NCBI GenBank assembly: GCA_000002445.1
Contig: CP000070.1
Span: forward strand, 64,001 to 128,000
Direction: 5' to 3'
DNA from: Trypanosoma brucei
Taxonomy: Eukaryota
DNA: 64,000 nucleotides
Notes under the pieces: generated by a model
Told to the model about the DNA's origin: nothing
What the model saw: only the letters and a program-made list of their open reading frames with translations
Databases searched by the model: none
Shown here: positions 11,754 through 22,900 of the stretch, piece by piece
Layout of the letters: each line of letters begins with the position of its first letter
Position numbering within the stretch: position 1 is the first letter of the stretch
Made by a program: the position numbers and the translations under genes

Positions 11754-12665
11754 TTAAAAATGTGCGGCAGCACTGTGAGAAAGTGCTGCAAGAAGGATCA
11801 GTAATGTGTATCCTCCTATAGATTCTGCATAGCTGCCGTCATTACCAACTTCTGCTTCCTCACCCTCATCGTCACCCAATTCCTGCACATGATCATCGTC
11901 AGAAATTTCCACTTTTCCTTCAGGATCCTTCTTCGGCACTTCCTTAACTTTCGCTTTTTCCGTCTCTGCCGTCCTTTCGGCTTCCTCAGCTGCCTTGTGT
12001 GCGTTGCTTTCAGCTGCCCTTGCTGCAACTCTTGCTTCGCTGGCACGCCGCACAGCAGCCTCTAATTGATCATATTCCGCCCTGAGATCAGCCATACGCG
12101 TCCTCGCAGTGTTGCAGATAACTGTCATGAAAACGGCACAACCGGATTCCACAGCCTGTGTCAGTACCCAGGAACTAACTTCAAGTGGGGCATTGCAGTC
12201 TCTCGCAATTCGTCTTGCAGTACTGGCGGCACTATTGTCCTCTGCAACACTTTTCAGATAATCATCAACCAGAGCTACATTGTTGTTCGCGAGCGCTGAG
12301 GCATTGGCAGCGTATTGCTCCACATCCGACAGGGCCGTCTTGGCGGCATTCTCCGCGCTCTCTGCTTCCTTTAGGGCAGCGCGAGCGCGTCCGACGGCCT
12401 CCTCCACCTTGGGAGTACTCGAAAAGGCATCCTCCGCTCGTCTCACGGCATCTTGGCAACCTTCTCTCGCTTTAGAGGCATCCAAGACATTCGCTGCCGC
12501 CGACGTCTTGAACACTTTGACACTGTTGGGTACTCCATGCAGCGCTTCCGACATGAGACATGCCGCACTTACATGACTCACTGTGTCTTGAAACCCTTCC
12601 CCACCTTTGGGACCGGTGGTGACATACGTAAGTATAGCAAGCAAGCACAAAAAACGGGCAGTCAT
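11754..12665 (-). CDS. Ala/Glu-rich GPI-anchored surface protein, copy 4, subtype B, nearly identical to copy 3.
   Basis: 303-aa ORF. Only a few substitutions against copy 3 (M13T, S61L, A188T, F296S). Confidence 0.75.
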   Translation of the reverse strand: MTARFLCLLAILTYVTTGPKGGEGFQDTVSHVSAACLMSEALHGVPNSVKVFKTSAAANVLDASKAREGCQDAVRRAEDAFSSTPKVEEAVGRARAALKEAESAENAAKTALSDVEQYAANASALANNNVALVDDYLKSVAEDNSAASTARRIARDCNAPLEVSSWVLTQAVESGCAVFMTVICNTARTRMADLRAEYDQLEAAVRRASEARVAARAAESNAHKAAEEAERTAETEKAKVKEVPKKDPEGKVEISDDDHVQELGDDEGEEAEVGNDGSYAESIGGYTLLILLAALSHSAAAHF

Positions 12666-12939
12666 GATTATCCCGAATTGCTGTAGTGGTAGTTGTTAAA
12701 ATGAATGTTAAGTCTAAATGCAGGCAACAGTAGGAAAGAGTGGGTAAATGTTTGTATTAATAATTTCCCCCCTCGTGGAAAGCAGTTGTAACATGGGAGG
12801 AGGCATGGATGTTGTTCTTTTTGTGATTTTTAAAATTTTTTGTGTTCAATTTTCTGAGCATTGCTTTATTGGAAGAGATGACGGGACTTATTGCTTTTTC
12901 ACAGTTGCCGTCGCTAACGGTAGTTGCGTTTCACTATGG

Positions 12940-13612
12940 TTATTCTTTCGACTGTCCCTGTTCAGCTATAAGTTCTCGAATGGCGATTGTGCTTCCAGAT
13001 TTTATACTTGCAGTTTTTAATCGGGAGAGAACGCTTTCCAGTCGCTCGAAAGGATCATCACTAACTGCAGCCAGAATGCTTTTCAAATAACTCAAGTCGG
13101 TTACAAAATGACAGCGACTGGACGAGTGCCACCTTCCATCGGCTCACACAGATCGGTAATGTTTTGTCAGGAAAGAACTGAAGAACGGCCTTTACAGCTT
13201 CCATCAGTCCATTCATAACTACTTGAAATCGATCATACTTCATGATAGATTGCGAATCCTTTAAGAGGTCTTCCACGCGCTCTGCTTCTCGCCGTGCAAA
13301 TGATTCCAGCACCTTAGGTTGCTCGAATATGTGTGCAAGCTCAGTTTGAGTATAAAAATTAATTTGCTCTGCAATATCGTCCCGCCTACACAAACTGTTT
13401 TTAACGTTTCTTCCGTCCTCAGCACCAACACATACCTTCGGAGGAGTAGAATCAATTTTAATACTAAGCTGCCTTACTGCCTCAAAGCAGGAAATAAGCT
13501 CAACATTCCTCTCCACACACTGCAAAATGGGAGTTAAGCAAGTGGAAAGACATTCTACAACAGCGACCAAATCATGCATTAAACAAATTCCTTTCCCTCC
13601 AATAAAACTCAC
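12940..13612 (-). pseudogene. COG7-like 3' fragment with the same internal deletion as unit 3 (unit 4).
   Basis: ORF 13061..13612 is near-identical to 10142..10693. The deletion junction is near 13107. Confidence 0.75.
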
Positions 13613-14665
13613 ATTCGGTTAATTACACACCTGGCGCCCACAAGTCAAAATGTGCAATGCGCTAAAGATGTTGTGACTGCAGGATTGTACATCTCAAATA
13701 ATATTCTCACAAGTATTGACTCTTCCGGCAGGTTTTCCAACTGAAGGTACGAATAATCAAACGCCGTCAACTCGCAACATTTAAAAGAAAATTATTTCTC
13801 TCCTTTCTTTCAGGGACTTTGAAATTGGAGGTTCTGCACAAATCCTCAATCCTCCGGCAGGTGTAAGCTCCACTTCATTTCAGTGGTCAGATACATAACT
13901 AAATGAAAGTAAAGTATAACTAAACGACAGAGAGATTAAAGCAAAGGGGAAAACAAGCAACGACACTTACAAACAAGAAACAAGATAGTAAAATAAGTAA
14001 GTGGAAAGAAACTTAGGGAATCTAGAAGAAACATGCAGATGAAATAAAAAGAATATGGAGTCCCAAAACACATCGCAACGATAAAAACTGAATACCCCAT
14101 GACAATAAAAATGGAAACAATTGTGTGGAAGAAAACACTGACAAAATAAATAAAAATAAAATAACAATATCACTATTTGAAAAAAAAAAGAATCAAGGGC
14201 AAAACGAGTCAGATAAAATAGCAGATGGGTATAGCCGCTATTTGAACACTTTCACAATAAATCCATCAACAAACGATGGGTAAGATGCGGTGTCTCGACA
14301 ATGCAGCGTCTGCACACAGAAATCTACAGTGTCATGCGCCCACCCGAATGTTTAAAGACGCCACACCAATAGGATAGCATTTAAAAAACAATAATAACAG
14401 AAAAGATAAATATGTGGGAGACGTATGGTTCAAAAAATGAGTAAAAAGACTTTTTTGTAGCACTGGTGCGGTACGTAAAAATTTAGTATACCATTGAATT
14501 AAATAAGAATATAATAATGAAACGACCAGCGAAGAAAGCATAGGGGTGAGAAACGCCGTAAGTGGCCCCTCCCGTTGCAGTAGCGCCCTGTAAACACGTG
14601 TTTAGCTAACGCCTAACTTCGACCTGTCGACACGGTAAGAGGATTAGGGAAACAGTTGACAGCTT

Positions 14666-15658
14666 TTAAAAATGTGCGGCAGCACTGTGAAAAAGTGCTG
14701 CAAGAAGGATCAGTAATGTGTATCCTCCTATAGATTCTGCATAGCTGCCGTCATTACCAACTTCTGCTTCCTCACCCTCATCGTCACCCAATTCCTGCAC
14801 ATGATCATCGTCAGAAATTTCCACTTTTCCTTCAGGATCCTTCTTCGGCACTTCCTCAACTTCCGTTCTTCCCGTCTTTTCCTTGTCCTCTGGAACCTCC
14901 ACGTTTCCCTCAAATTCCTCCCTCGAAATCTCTTGAACATCCGCTTCTTCCGTCTCTGCCGTCCTTTCGGCTTCCTCAGCTGCCTTGCGTGCGTTGCTTT
15001 CAGCTGCCCTTGCTGCAACTCTTGCTTCGCTGGCACGCCGCACAGCAGCCTCTAATTGATCATATTCCGCCCTGAGATCAACCATACGCGTCCTCGCGAT
15101 CCTACATATTTCACCCATGAAAATAGCACATGCGGATTCCACAGCCTGTGTCAGCACCCAGGAGTTAACTCCTCTATTTGGGAGACTGCAGCCTCTCGCA
15201 ATTCGTCTTGCAGTACTGGCGGCACTATTGTCCTCTGCAACACTTTTCAGATAATCATCAATCGGAGCGGTCTTTCCGGCTGCGAGCAGTGGGGCACGGG
15301 CCGCGTATTGCTCCACATCCGACAGGGCCGTCTTGGCGGCATTCTCCGCGCTCTCTGCTTCCTTTAGGGCAGCGCGAGCGCGTCCGACGGCCTCCTCCAC
15401 CTTGGGAGTACTCGAAAAGGCATCCTCCGCTCGTCTCACGGCATCTTGGCAACCTTCTCTCGCTTTAGAGGCATCCGAGACATTCGCTGCCGCCGACGCT
15501 TTGAGGGCCTTCACACCGAAGGGTATTCCATGCAGCGCTTCTGAAAAGAGACATGCCGCACTTACATGACTCACTGTGTTTTGAGACCCTTCCTCAATTA
15601 TGGAGTCGGCGGTGACATACGTAAGTATAGCAAGCAAGCACAAAAAACGGGCAGTCAT
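14666..15658 (-). CDS. Ala/Glu-rich GPI-anchored surface protein, copy 5, subtype A, with 1 repeat.
   Basis: 330-aa ORF. It is the closest copy to the intact COG7-like gene. Confidence 0.75.
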   Translation of the reverse strand: MTARFLCLLAILTYVTADSIIEEGSQNTVSHVSAACLFSEALHGIPFGVKALKASAAANVSDASKAREGCQDAVRRAEDAFSSTPKVEEAVGRARAALKEAESAENAAKTALSDVEQYAARAPLLAAGKTAPIDDYLKSVAEDNSAASTARRIARGCSLPNRGVNSWVLTQAVESACAIFMGEICRIARTRMVDLRAEYDQLEAAVRRASEARVAARAAESNARKAAEEAERTAETEEADVQEISREEFEGNVEVPEDKEKTGRTEVEEVPKKDPEGKVEISDDDHVQELGDDEGEEAEVGNDGSYAESIGGYTLLILLAALFHSAAAHF

Positions 15659-15932
15659 GATTATCCCGAATTGCTGTAGTGGTAGTTGTTAAAATGAATG
15701 TTAAGTCTAAATGCAGGCAACAGTAGGAAAGAGTGGGTAAATGTTTGTATTAATAATTTCCCCCCTCGTGGAAAGCAGTTGTAACATGGGAGGAGGCATG
15801 GATGTTGTTCTTTTTGTGATTTTTAAAATTTTTTGTGTTCAATTTTCTGAGCATTGCTTTATTGGAAGAGATGACGGGACTTATTGCTTTTTCACAGTTG
15901 CCGTCGCTAACGGTAGTTGCGTTTCACTATGG

Positions 15933-18287
15933 TTATTCTTTCGACTGTCCCTGTTCAGCTATAAGTTCTCGAATGGCGATTGTGCTTCCAGATTTTATAC
16001 TTGCAGTTTTTAATCGGGAGAGAACGCTTTCCAGTCGCTCGAAAGGATCATCACTAACTGCAGCCAGAATGCTTTTCAAATAACTCAAGTCGGTTACAAG
16101 TTGTTCTACTGCAAGGGCCGCAGCATCGTCGCTATTAAGTGGGAAACACATTATAATGTTGGCCACTTTAGACTCAATAAAGTCCGATACCGCCGTGCGC
16201 ACAATATCATCTAACCAATATTCCGTTACTTCTTCGAGTAACTCTTCAATGCCGTCGAACCGTCCCTCGCTGCCACCCCGTAATGATTCGAGTGCTAATG
16301 GTATTTCCACAATGGCTTCACCAAAGCCGCGCACCATTTCACTAGGCGCAAGATGTAATGGCGTGTGTAGCACAGAATTGGAAATCACAGCGCTTCCTCC
16401 GTTACTCGACTGTAACCTCCAGAGTGGTTGCGACTCATAACCGTCAGCTGTGGCAATAACGGGAGCAATGACAGTTTGTTTTATAGCCTGCTGGCATTCA
16501 GCAGCACAAATCACCAGTACATTGTTTAGTGGCCGCCACAGCTGTTCACTTAGTTGACTATTGATAGACTCAACCTCAGTTGGACGTAGTCGGCGCACCT
16601 CCGCAGATTTGACATAGTCTTCGCACATTTTCTGCGTAGACAGAAGCAATTGTTGAACAATTTTGCGTAACGCTGAAAGGCGCTCTAACAACTCCGTCTG
16701 GTGCGTGTGAGGTGCGGGTTGAAAAAATGTCAGCGACTGGACGAGTGCCACCTTCCATCGGCTCACACAGATCGGTAATGTTTTGTCAGGAAAGAACTGA
16801 AGAACGGCCTTTACAGCTTCCATCAGTCCATTCATAACTACTTGAAATCGATCATACTTCATGATAGATTGCGAATCCTTTAAGAGGTCTTCCACGCGCT
16901 CTGCTTCTCGCCGTGCAAATGATTCCAGCACCTTAGGTTGCTCGAATATGTGTGCAAGCTCAGTTTGAGTATAAAAATTAATTTGCTCTGCAATATCGTC
17001 CCGCCTACACAAACTGTTTTTAACGTTTCTTCCGTCCTCAGCACCAACACATACCTTCGGAGGAGTAGAATCAATTTTAATACTAAGCTGCCTTACTGCC
17101 TCAAAGCAGGAAATAAGCTCAGGATTCCTCTCCACACACTGCAAAATGGGAGTTAAGCAAGTGGAAAGACATTCTACAATTTCATCTGCCATTAAACGCA
17201 AAACTTTCACGGGTTGCGACTCGGGCCCTTCAGAAATCTCCGCATTATCCGTGATATCGCGATTACCGCTGTAAACATGTGCCAACTGCATTAAATAGTC
17301 TAACTGGTCGGTGAGTGCACATCCTAAGGAAGGTATAAGTTGCGTTTTCAGCACCTCTGCCGCACGCACGGGAGAAATTGGATGCCTTGAAACTTTTGAC
17401 TCAGAGTGATGTAGCAGACAAAACACTTTTTCCTTTTCGGAGGCTATGCTCTCTGCGGAAAATTGCTGAAGAACAGCATCAGCCCTCCCAATAGTATCAA
17501 GTACCTTGAGGAGATGAGCAGCACGGTCTACTACTCTTCGGCGTAACTGTTCCATACATTCGGTCTCCACCACGCGTTGCAGGAGTTGTTCATGCCTCTC
17601 AACTGCTTCCAGCTGCTTTCCACCAAACGTTACCTCTAATTTCTGAAGGTCTGCGAGGTTTTGCCGCACCTCCCTAATAGACACCGCCACTAAGTCTATG
17701 TCCACCTCTGACACCGAAACACGAAGTTTCTCCATAATATCGTCCAATTGCTTCATATTGCTATCAACTTCCGATGCCTTCTTAAGTGTTTCAGAGCAGC
17801 GCATGAGCTTCTTCTGCGTTTTCTTCAGATCATTGAGCTGTGCAACGTATGGTTTGGAGATCATTTCTACCGCTGGTTGCGCCTCCTCTCTTATTTTGCA
17901 AAGTGCCTGTTGAAGTTGTTGAACTTCCGTAACCATACGGCCGACTTCCAGCCCAGTTCGGGGGAGCCGAACGAGCGCCTGTGTGATAGTGTCGTCAACA
18001 GAACTTGCAACCTCCTGTGAGTATGAATGCAATCTGCCGTACAAATTTGTGATGCGCCCTTCCAACTCCGCATCGGTTTCTACCCCATCAGGATTCGCCG
18101 AAGAAATACATTGCAAAGAGGTATTTATCCACTGAATAACGTCAAAGTTCTCACTTGCTAATTCATCTAACGAGAACGCGAACGACGCGGGATCAGTGGA
18201 AGGTGAAGTACCAATCGAAGGGTTTGGATTTGGTACGTCCTGCATTTTTGGGCTTAAAGAAGAAGGAAAGTTAAGGCAGCAGTGCAC
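15933..18287 (-). CDS. Conserved oligomeric Golgi complex subunit 7-like protein. This is the intact parent of the array fragments.
   Basis: 784-aa ORF. The N-terminal FSLDELASENFDVIQWINTSL resembles the COG7 N-terminal motif (LADDFDVKEWINAAF, recalled from memory). The protein is long and helical. A polypyrimidine tract on the coding strand lies just upstream of the ATG (revcomp of aaagaagaaggaaag at about 18250-18265). Confidence 0.5.
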   Translation of the reverse strand: MHCCLNFPSSLSPKMQDVPNPNPSIGTSPSTDPASFAFSLDELASENFDVIQWINTSLQCISSANPDGVETDAELEGRITNLYGRLHSYSQEVASSVDDTITQALVRLPRTGLEVGRMVTEVQQLQQALCKIREEAQPAVEMISKPYVAQLNDLKKTQKKLMRCSETLKKASEVDSNMKQLDDIMEKLRVSVSEVDIDLVAVSIREVRQNLADLQKLEVTFGGKQLEAVERHEQLLQRVVETECMEQLRRRVVDRAAHLLKVLDTIGRADAVLQQFSAESIASEKEKVFCLLHHSESKVSRHPISPVRAAEVLKTQLIPSLGCALTDQLDYLMQLAHVYSGNRDITDNAEISEGPESQPVKVLRLMADEIVECLSTCLTPILQCVERNPELISCFEAVRQLSIKIDSTPPKVCVGAEDGRNVKNSLCRRDDIAEQINFYTQTELAHIFEQPKVLESFARREAERVEDLLKDSQSIMKYDRFQVVMNGLMEAVKAVLQFFPDKTLPICVSRWKVALVQSLTFFQPAPHTHQTELLERLSALRKIVQQLLLSTQKMCEDYVKSAEVRRLRPTEVESINSQLSEQLWRPLNNVLVICAAECQQAIKQTVIAPVIATADGYESQPLWRLQSSNGGSAVISNSVLHTPLHLAPSEMVRGFGEAIVEIPLALESLRGGSEGRFDGIEELLEEVTEYWLDDIVRTAVSDFIESKVANIIMCFPLNSDDAAALAVEQLVTDLSYLKSILAAVSDDPFERLESVLSRLKTASIKSGSTIAIRELIAEQGQSKE

Positions 18288-18553
18288 ACCAAAGATGAAG
18301 AAGCCGGTTACGAACCCGGAGAAGGCGTATCACAACTACAGAGGAAGATCAAATGTATTGGGGTTCTGTTCCATCCTTTTCGCACTGAAGTTACATTCGC
18401 TGCCAATTATAAAAAATAGAAGTTGTATAGAGGTGTTTGTCACATGGAAACATTTACCACGCGACTCAACCCCGCTCTCCTCCCACTTTTTTTTTTTTGA
18501 TCGTCCCCAGACTGAATGTCTTCGGGGCACAACACTTTGAAATACCTTTAACG

Positions 18554-20329
18554 TCAGCACATGAAAGTCTTTGCGCCCCAAGTACGCAGTGCAAACAAAA
18601 CCTTTGACTGGTTGATGTTGAAAATGGGGTTTGTAGGGCGAAGACAGTTCTTGCTCAGGTGCAACTCACTACTAACACCACTACGTTCATCTGAAGGGAG
18701 GACAATTCCATAACTGTCCCTCCGCCCAGGAATATAACCCCGTGAGACCGCAGCTGCATAAAATGAGTTCCCACTCAAGTCACGGCCGTCTCTGTTGACT
18801 TGCATGCCTTGCAGATTTTGCGCGGAGCTCATCCCTGAAAGTGAATAACAAGTGTGATAAAAATCATTGGGATAGTTCGGTTTATCCATCAACCCACCTT
18901 CTTCCCTGTTTTGGCAGCACGCCAAAATGTAAAGTTGTAGCCGCCTCTGATTGAAGTAAAAGTCGCCCGCATCGTCGTCCAAAACGTTAGGTACACCTGA
19001 TGATGACCACGACGCTGCAAGTGGTGTAGCGCTAAGGTACGCTTCCACACGGCTGGCTCGTTCCTGTTTTTCTTCCTCATGTTGGGACCATGCCTCAAAA
19101 CTCTCTGGATGTAAGTTTGAGATGTCGACCAACTGCGCGTGGTCGAGCAAAAGCATTTCCCGTGATGTTAAGCTGCGTTTCGTTTCACCACAAGTCGTTA
19201 TTTTAGCAAGGCTCTCACCAACACGCAGTAACACGTGTGATGCGCCCACCCAGTGGGCGTAGCAAGAGTCCACCAGTTTATTTGTTCTTCCGTTAAAACC
19301 ACCTTCAAAACGCAGTTGACGCGCCGCTAGCCATCCTCTCAACGCCGTATAATTGCATAACTCTGGTCTCTTCATCAAAATCAGGGCAGCTAACCCGCAT
19401 TGAGTGTAGGCCCCGTGCGCTTCGCTGGCAAACCTCCCGCACGCAAATCCGCCCTCGTGTGTCTGACACGAAGCTACGAATTGCGCCTCCTGCTCTCTCA
19501 GAATATCTCCACTACTTGCATCCACGTCCTGGAGCTGTAGTAATGTGGTAATAACCGCGACACAATATGATGCGCGAATATCCGCCTCCCCGCCTATGTG
19601 CATGCGGAAACTGCCGTCGGCACAGCGAAGTGAGAGCAACCAGCGCTTAATGGCGGAACGTGGAAGAGCCTGAAGGTATTCTGGACATTCCAGGATGCAG
19701 AGCGAGCAAACTCCCGCGTACGATGTAGCCAAATGCGGAATCTGTCCATAGTTTCCCCCGGAGAACCCAATAGCACACGTATGATCAGCATCGCACCGAC
19801 GGAGAAAATCATACACATTGCCACATTGCTGAGGCATGCTTCCCTTTCCGTGCTTTCCCCCTTCTTCACTTCCCCAACAACCCTTCTGCTCATCTTCAAC
19901 AGGTTGTTCCTGCAAGCAGCTGAGTATGAACTCCCCTAATGCGTCTTGAGATATCTGCTCATACAATTTCTCTGTGATTCCGAGCATCTCAGCAGCCTGC
20001 AACGTCCAGTAAACCATCCACGGCTGCGCGTTGTACAGCCGTTGCGCATACTCAGGAAGCTTTACCAACCGACTCTTCAGGTACTTTTCGTGGCTCTCTC
20101 GGTTGAGAGAATGTACAATCCCCTCCTCGTTGTCTATAGTACACATTTCCTCTTCTTTCTCATTGGAATCGGCATGCAAATAGATGTTAGAGTGCGTACC
20201 CCAAAGATCGCAGACCTCCGGCCGGTATTTCTCTAAAAAACGTAAGAGAGTGAGCTCAACTTCCCGTTGAGCGTGAGTGGTGGATGATGCTGGAGGTGGT
20301 ACAAAAGACATTACTATGTATCGTTGCAC
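18554..20329 (-). CDS. Protein farnesyltransferase (CAAX prenyltransferase) beta subunit.
   Basis: 591-aa ORF. Prenyltransferase alpha-alpha toroid repeat motifs are present: GGFNGRTNKLVDSCYAHW, GSFRMHIGGEADIRASYCA and GGFACGRFASEAHGAYTQCGLAAL. The size and insertions fit the enlarged trypanosomatid PFT-beta. Confidence 0.7.
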   Translation of the reverse strand: MQRYIVMSFVPPPASSTTHAQREVELTLLRFLEKYRPEVCDLWGTHSNIYLHADSNEKEEEMCTIDNEEGIVHSLNRESHEKYLKSRLVKLPEYAQRLYNAQPWMVYWTLQAAEMLGITEKLYEQISQDALGEFILSCLQEQPVEDEQKGCWGSEEGGKHGKGSMPQQCGNVYDFLRRCDADHTCAIGFSGGNYGQIPHLATSYAGVCSLCILECPEYLQALPRSAIKRWLLSLRCADGSFRMHIGGEADIRASYCVAVITTLLQLQDVDASSGDILREQEAQFVASCQTHEGGFACGRFASEAHGAYTQCGLAALILMKRPELCNYTALRGWLAARQLRFEGGFNGRTNKLVDSCYAHWVGASHVLLRVGESLAKITTCGETKRSLTSREMLLLDHAQLVDISNLHPESFEAWSQHEEEKQERASRVEAYLSATPLAASWSSSGVPNVLDDDAGDFYFNQRRLQLYILACCQNREEGGLMDKPNYPNDFYHTCYSLSGMSSAQNLQGMQVNRDGRDLSGNSFYAAAVSRGYIPGRRDSYGIVLPSDERSGVSSELHLSKNCLRPTNPIFNINQSKVLFALRTWGAKTFMC

Positions 20330-21330
20330 TCCAGTGGAATGCGACAGCCTGCCGGCTTAACGTACTGAAACCAACTACAACTCGAGGTTCTTAAGCTCAA
20401 AGGAATATGAATGAAGGATATTTTTCCGTGCAGTAAAATAATAGTGACGGCTCAGTTACGAAACTCCAGGGTTTGGTTGAACACTAGGCAGAGAAACACT
20501 CCAAATTAAATACAACCAATGCAACTCCACGGGTAAGCGAAAGGGTCAAACTAAGTTTTACGTGTCTCTCTCCCCTGATATATAAACATAGTTTTATATA
20601 TAACTAATAAGGGAGAGCAACCATCATTTCAATCGGTTTCGTCATGTTCTCCCCTTCCCAACTTCCAAAAGAACAGCGTATTCACCACACAGCTAATCAC
20701 TTACCCTAGAAGCACAAAGTTCAATACGCCGAGCAAAGTTAAGGCGTCATGGGGAAGGCGCAGGAAGCAAAAAAAAAAAAGCAACCTATGATAGGAAATA
20801 CTTAATGTGCACCTTCAGAATAAACGCATTGAGATTCTTCCTGAACAAAACGGTTACTAAATAATGACTTTCACTCCACAGAGGAAATCGGTGAAAGGCG
20901 CATAATTGGGGAGAAATAAACACAACCCCTCCCCCTAAATTACACGCACACAGCAAATGTAGCAATTGGACTGATGGCGTCTCCTTCCTTTTGCCCTCTT
21001 AGCCCTCTTGAACGCCAGTTCTCCCATACCTCATCTCCTGCAACCTAGTATTTATTTTCCACACAACGGCACATTAAAAGAACATTTAAAAGATATCCAT
21101 GCAGAACCGCAAATACGTTACTCGTCACCTTATTTTAAACAGCGGGTCATCCGACAAAACAGAAACGCCGGGGAAGGTTTATGCACAAAGTGGACGACAC
21201 CGCTTCCACTTACGTTTTTTTTTCTTCGCTTTTCTTTTTCTCTGCCCTGCTATCGTATCCCATCCCTCCTCTCATTACACTGAAGTTGTTTTGTTATTTC
21301 ATATCATTGTAACATTCCTGACGCATTTAC

Positions 21331-22224
21331 TCATAGTTGCGTTGGTTTTTGCATTCCGCCATCCCTCCCGTCATTACAAGCCACTTCTCCACTTGCCATT
21401 CCTTCCCGAGACATTACATTTACTCTATTATGCGGATCCATGTCTTCCAACTCCACATTATAGGCATCAGATCCACACTTTTGTACGGTTTGACCGCTAG
21501 ACGCATACATCTCCGCACATTTCATATGCTGCCTGTACGCCAGTTCAGAGTTAATGGAATTGCGTAGGAATTCCACGCACTGTTTGTCGCGAATACGTTC
21601 CCTCGTGCACGAGGTTAATAGGTAATAAAAAAGCAAAATGGGATATAAGAAAAGGACTACAACCGCCACCACATCGAAGGTATTGTCGCTGTTCATCATC
21701 CTTTCAACGAAATGCTGCCTTTTGTCTGGAGGGAAAAGTGCAGGATCTTCCCCCTGAATGAAAGGAGGCAAAATAGCTGAGAGTGAGGAAAAGGAAAGCC
21801 TCTTTAGAGATTCTCCATCAACACCCGCCACACCAAAACGCACAAGAGTTTGAGCCGCATATGTGGGCCCCTCATCTTCTGCACCACAGAAAGATTTCTC
21901 ATCCGCAACCCTAGTATCCCAACTGCAGTATTCTAGTAGTTCAAATTGCGATGTTCGATTGAATTCCCCCTTGGGGAGTTGTGTGAGAATACCAAGTGCT
22001 TTCTCAATGAATTCGTCTGCATCGAATTGAGTAAATGGAGTGTCCACGATGCAAGCAAATAGGATTACATTTTGATTCAGCAACATGGTGTCACCGTCAA
22101 TGGGTGGTACACTTATTGTGTTTGATCCATTGCTTTCTTGAGGAGCGGCGGCAATCGGTCGTAAAAACACAACTGCAAAAACTAGAGAAAGCACCATGCA
22201 GAGGGCAAGTGAATATCGGGTCAT
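21331..22224 (-). CDS. Hypothetical type-I membrane protein with a signal peptide and a C-proximal TM helix.
   Basis: 297-aa ORF. N-terminal MTRYSLALCMVLSLVFAVVFLRPIAAAP. Hydrophobic segment VVAVVVLFLYPILLFYYLL. Confidence 0.5.
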   Translation of the reverse strand: MTRYSLALCMVLSLVFAVVFLRPIAAAPQESNGSNTISVPPIDGDTMLLNQNVILFACIVDTPFTQFDADEFIEKALGILTQLPKGEFNRTSQFELLEYCSWDTRVADEKSFCGAEDEGPTYAAQTLVRFGVAGVDGESLKRLSFSSLSAILPPFIQGEDPALFPPDKRQHFVERMMNSDNTFDVVAVVVLFLYPILLFYYLLTSCTRERIRDKQCVEFLRNSINSELAYRQHMKCAEMYASSGQTVQKCGSDAYNVELEDMDPHNRVNVMSREGMASGEVACNDGRDGGMQKPTQL

Positions 22225-22439
22225 TGCTTTTTTTTTTTTGAATATTGTTTTGTTATTATTTTATTGACTCCTTCCTCTTCCCCTTCCTTGTTCGCGTTGT
22301 ACCTTTACCCTCGCTGCTCTTTGTTTGTTTTGTGCCAGTGTTGTAACACATAAGCATACGAAAGTCGTAATGCGCCGGAGAAAAGTGAGCGGAAGGGAGA
22401 AGAAAAATTATATATAGCGAAGTAAAGTGGATAAGGGGT

Positions 22440-22900
22440 GAAAGGAAAGAATAGAAATAGAAGATGGAAAATAATGATGAGAATAATAACAATAACAATA
22501 ATAATAATAGAAAGCGGCTGCTCGAAACGTCACGAACAGAACACACACACACAAACACACAAACATACATACATAAATACAAGTACGCCTATATATATAT
22601 ATATGCTCACACCCAAGTTGCCGTCAACGATTTTTTCTTTTTTTCGCCCTTGAACGGAACAGCGATGGTTTTCAAAGATGGGGAAGGGGAACAGCAGCAG
22701 AAAGAAAGAAAAAAAACTTTCTACCTTTTCGGTGCTGCGCGCTACGACGACCCGTTACAAGGGAATTCGCAAAAAACAACAACAACAACAACAACAATAA
22801 CAAACAAACAAGCGGAAGGGCAACGTAAGTATTATTACAACAATGTAAACAAAAGACACAATCACAATCACAATCACAATGAGAAGACGAAGGTGACGAA
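22440..22900. repeat. Microsatellite-rich intergenic segment with (AAT/ATA)n, (CA)n/(ACA)n, (AT)8, (AAC)n and (CACAAT)4.
   Basis: Direct reading finds aataataacaataacaataataataat, cacacacacacaaacacacaaacatacatacat, atatatatatatat, aacaacaacaacaacaacaacaataacaaac and cacaatcacaatcacaatcacaatg. Confidence 0.85.

Larger units (their letters stand above)
845..15660 (-). repeat. Tandem array of ~2.9-3.7 kb units, each holding a surface-protein gene, a 3' fragment of the COG7-like gene and a ~1.1 kb spacer. There are five gene copies, and a spacer-only partial unit sits at the left edge.
   Basis: Near-identical blocks recur with unit junctions at ~863, 4020, 7723, 10641, 13560 and 17179. Every junction reads ...gacattctacaa|cagcgaccaaatcatgcattaaacaaa... 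Sequence left of ~843 is unique. Confidence 0.9.

Noticed and set aside
18295-18330. tRNA-like T-arm-like string ggttacgaacccgg.
   Set aside because: There is no cloverleaf partner sequence (acceptor or D-arm), and it lies in a 5'UTR or polypyrimidine region. No convincing tRNA was found anywhere in the window.
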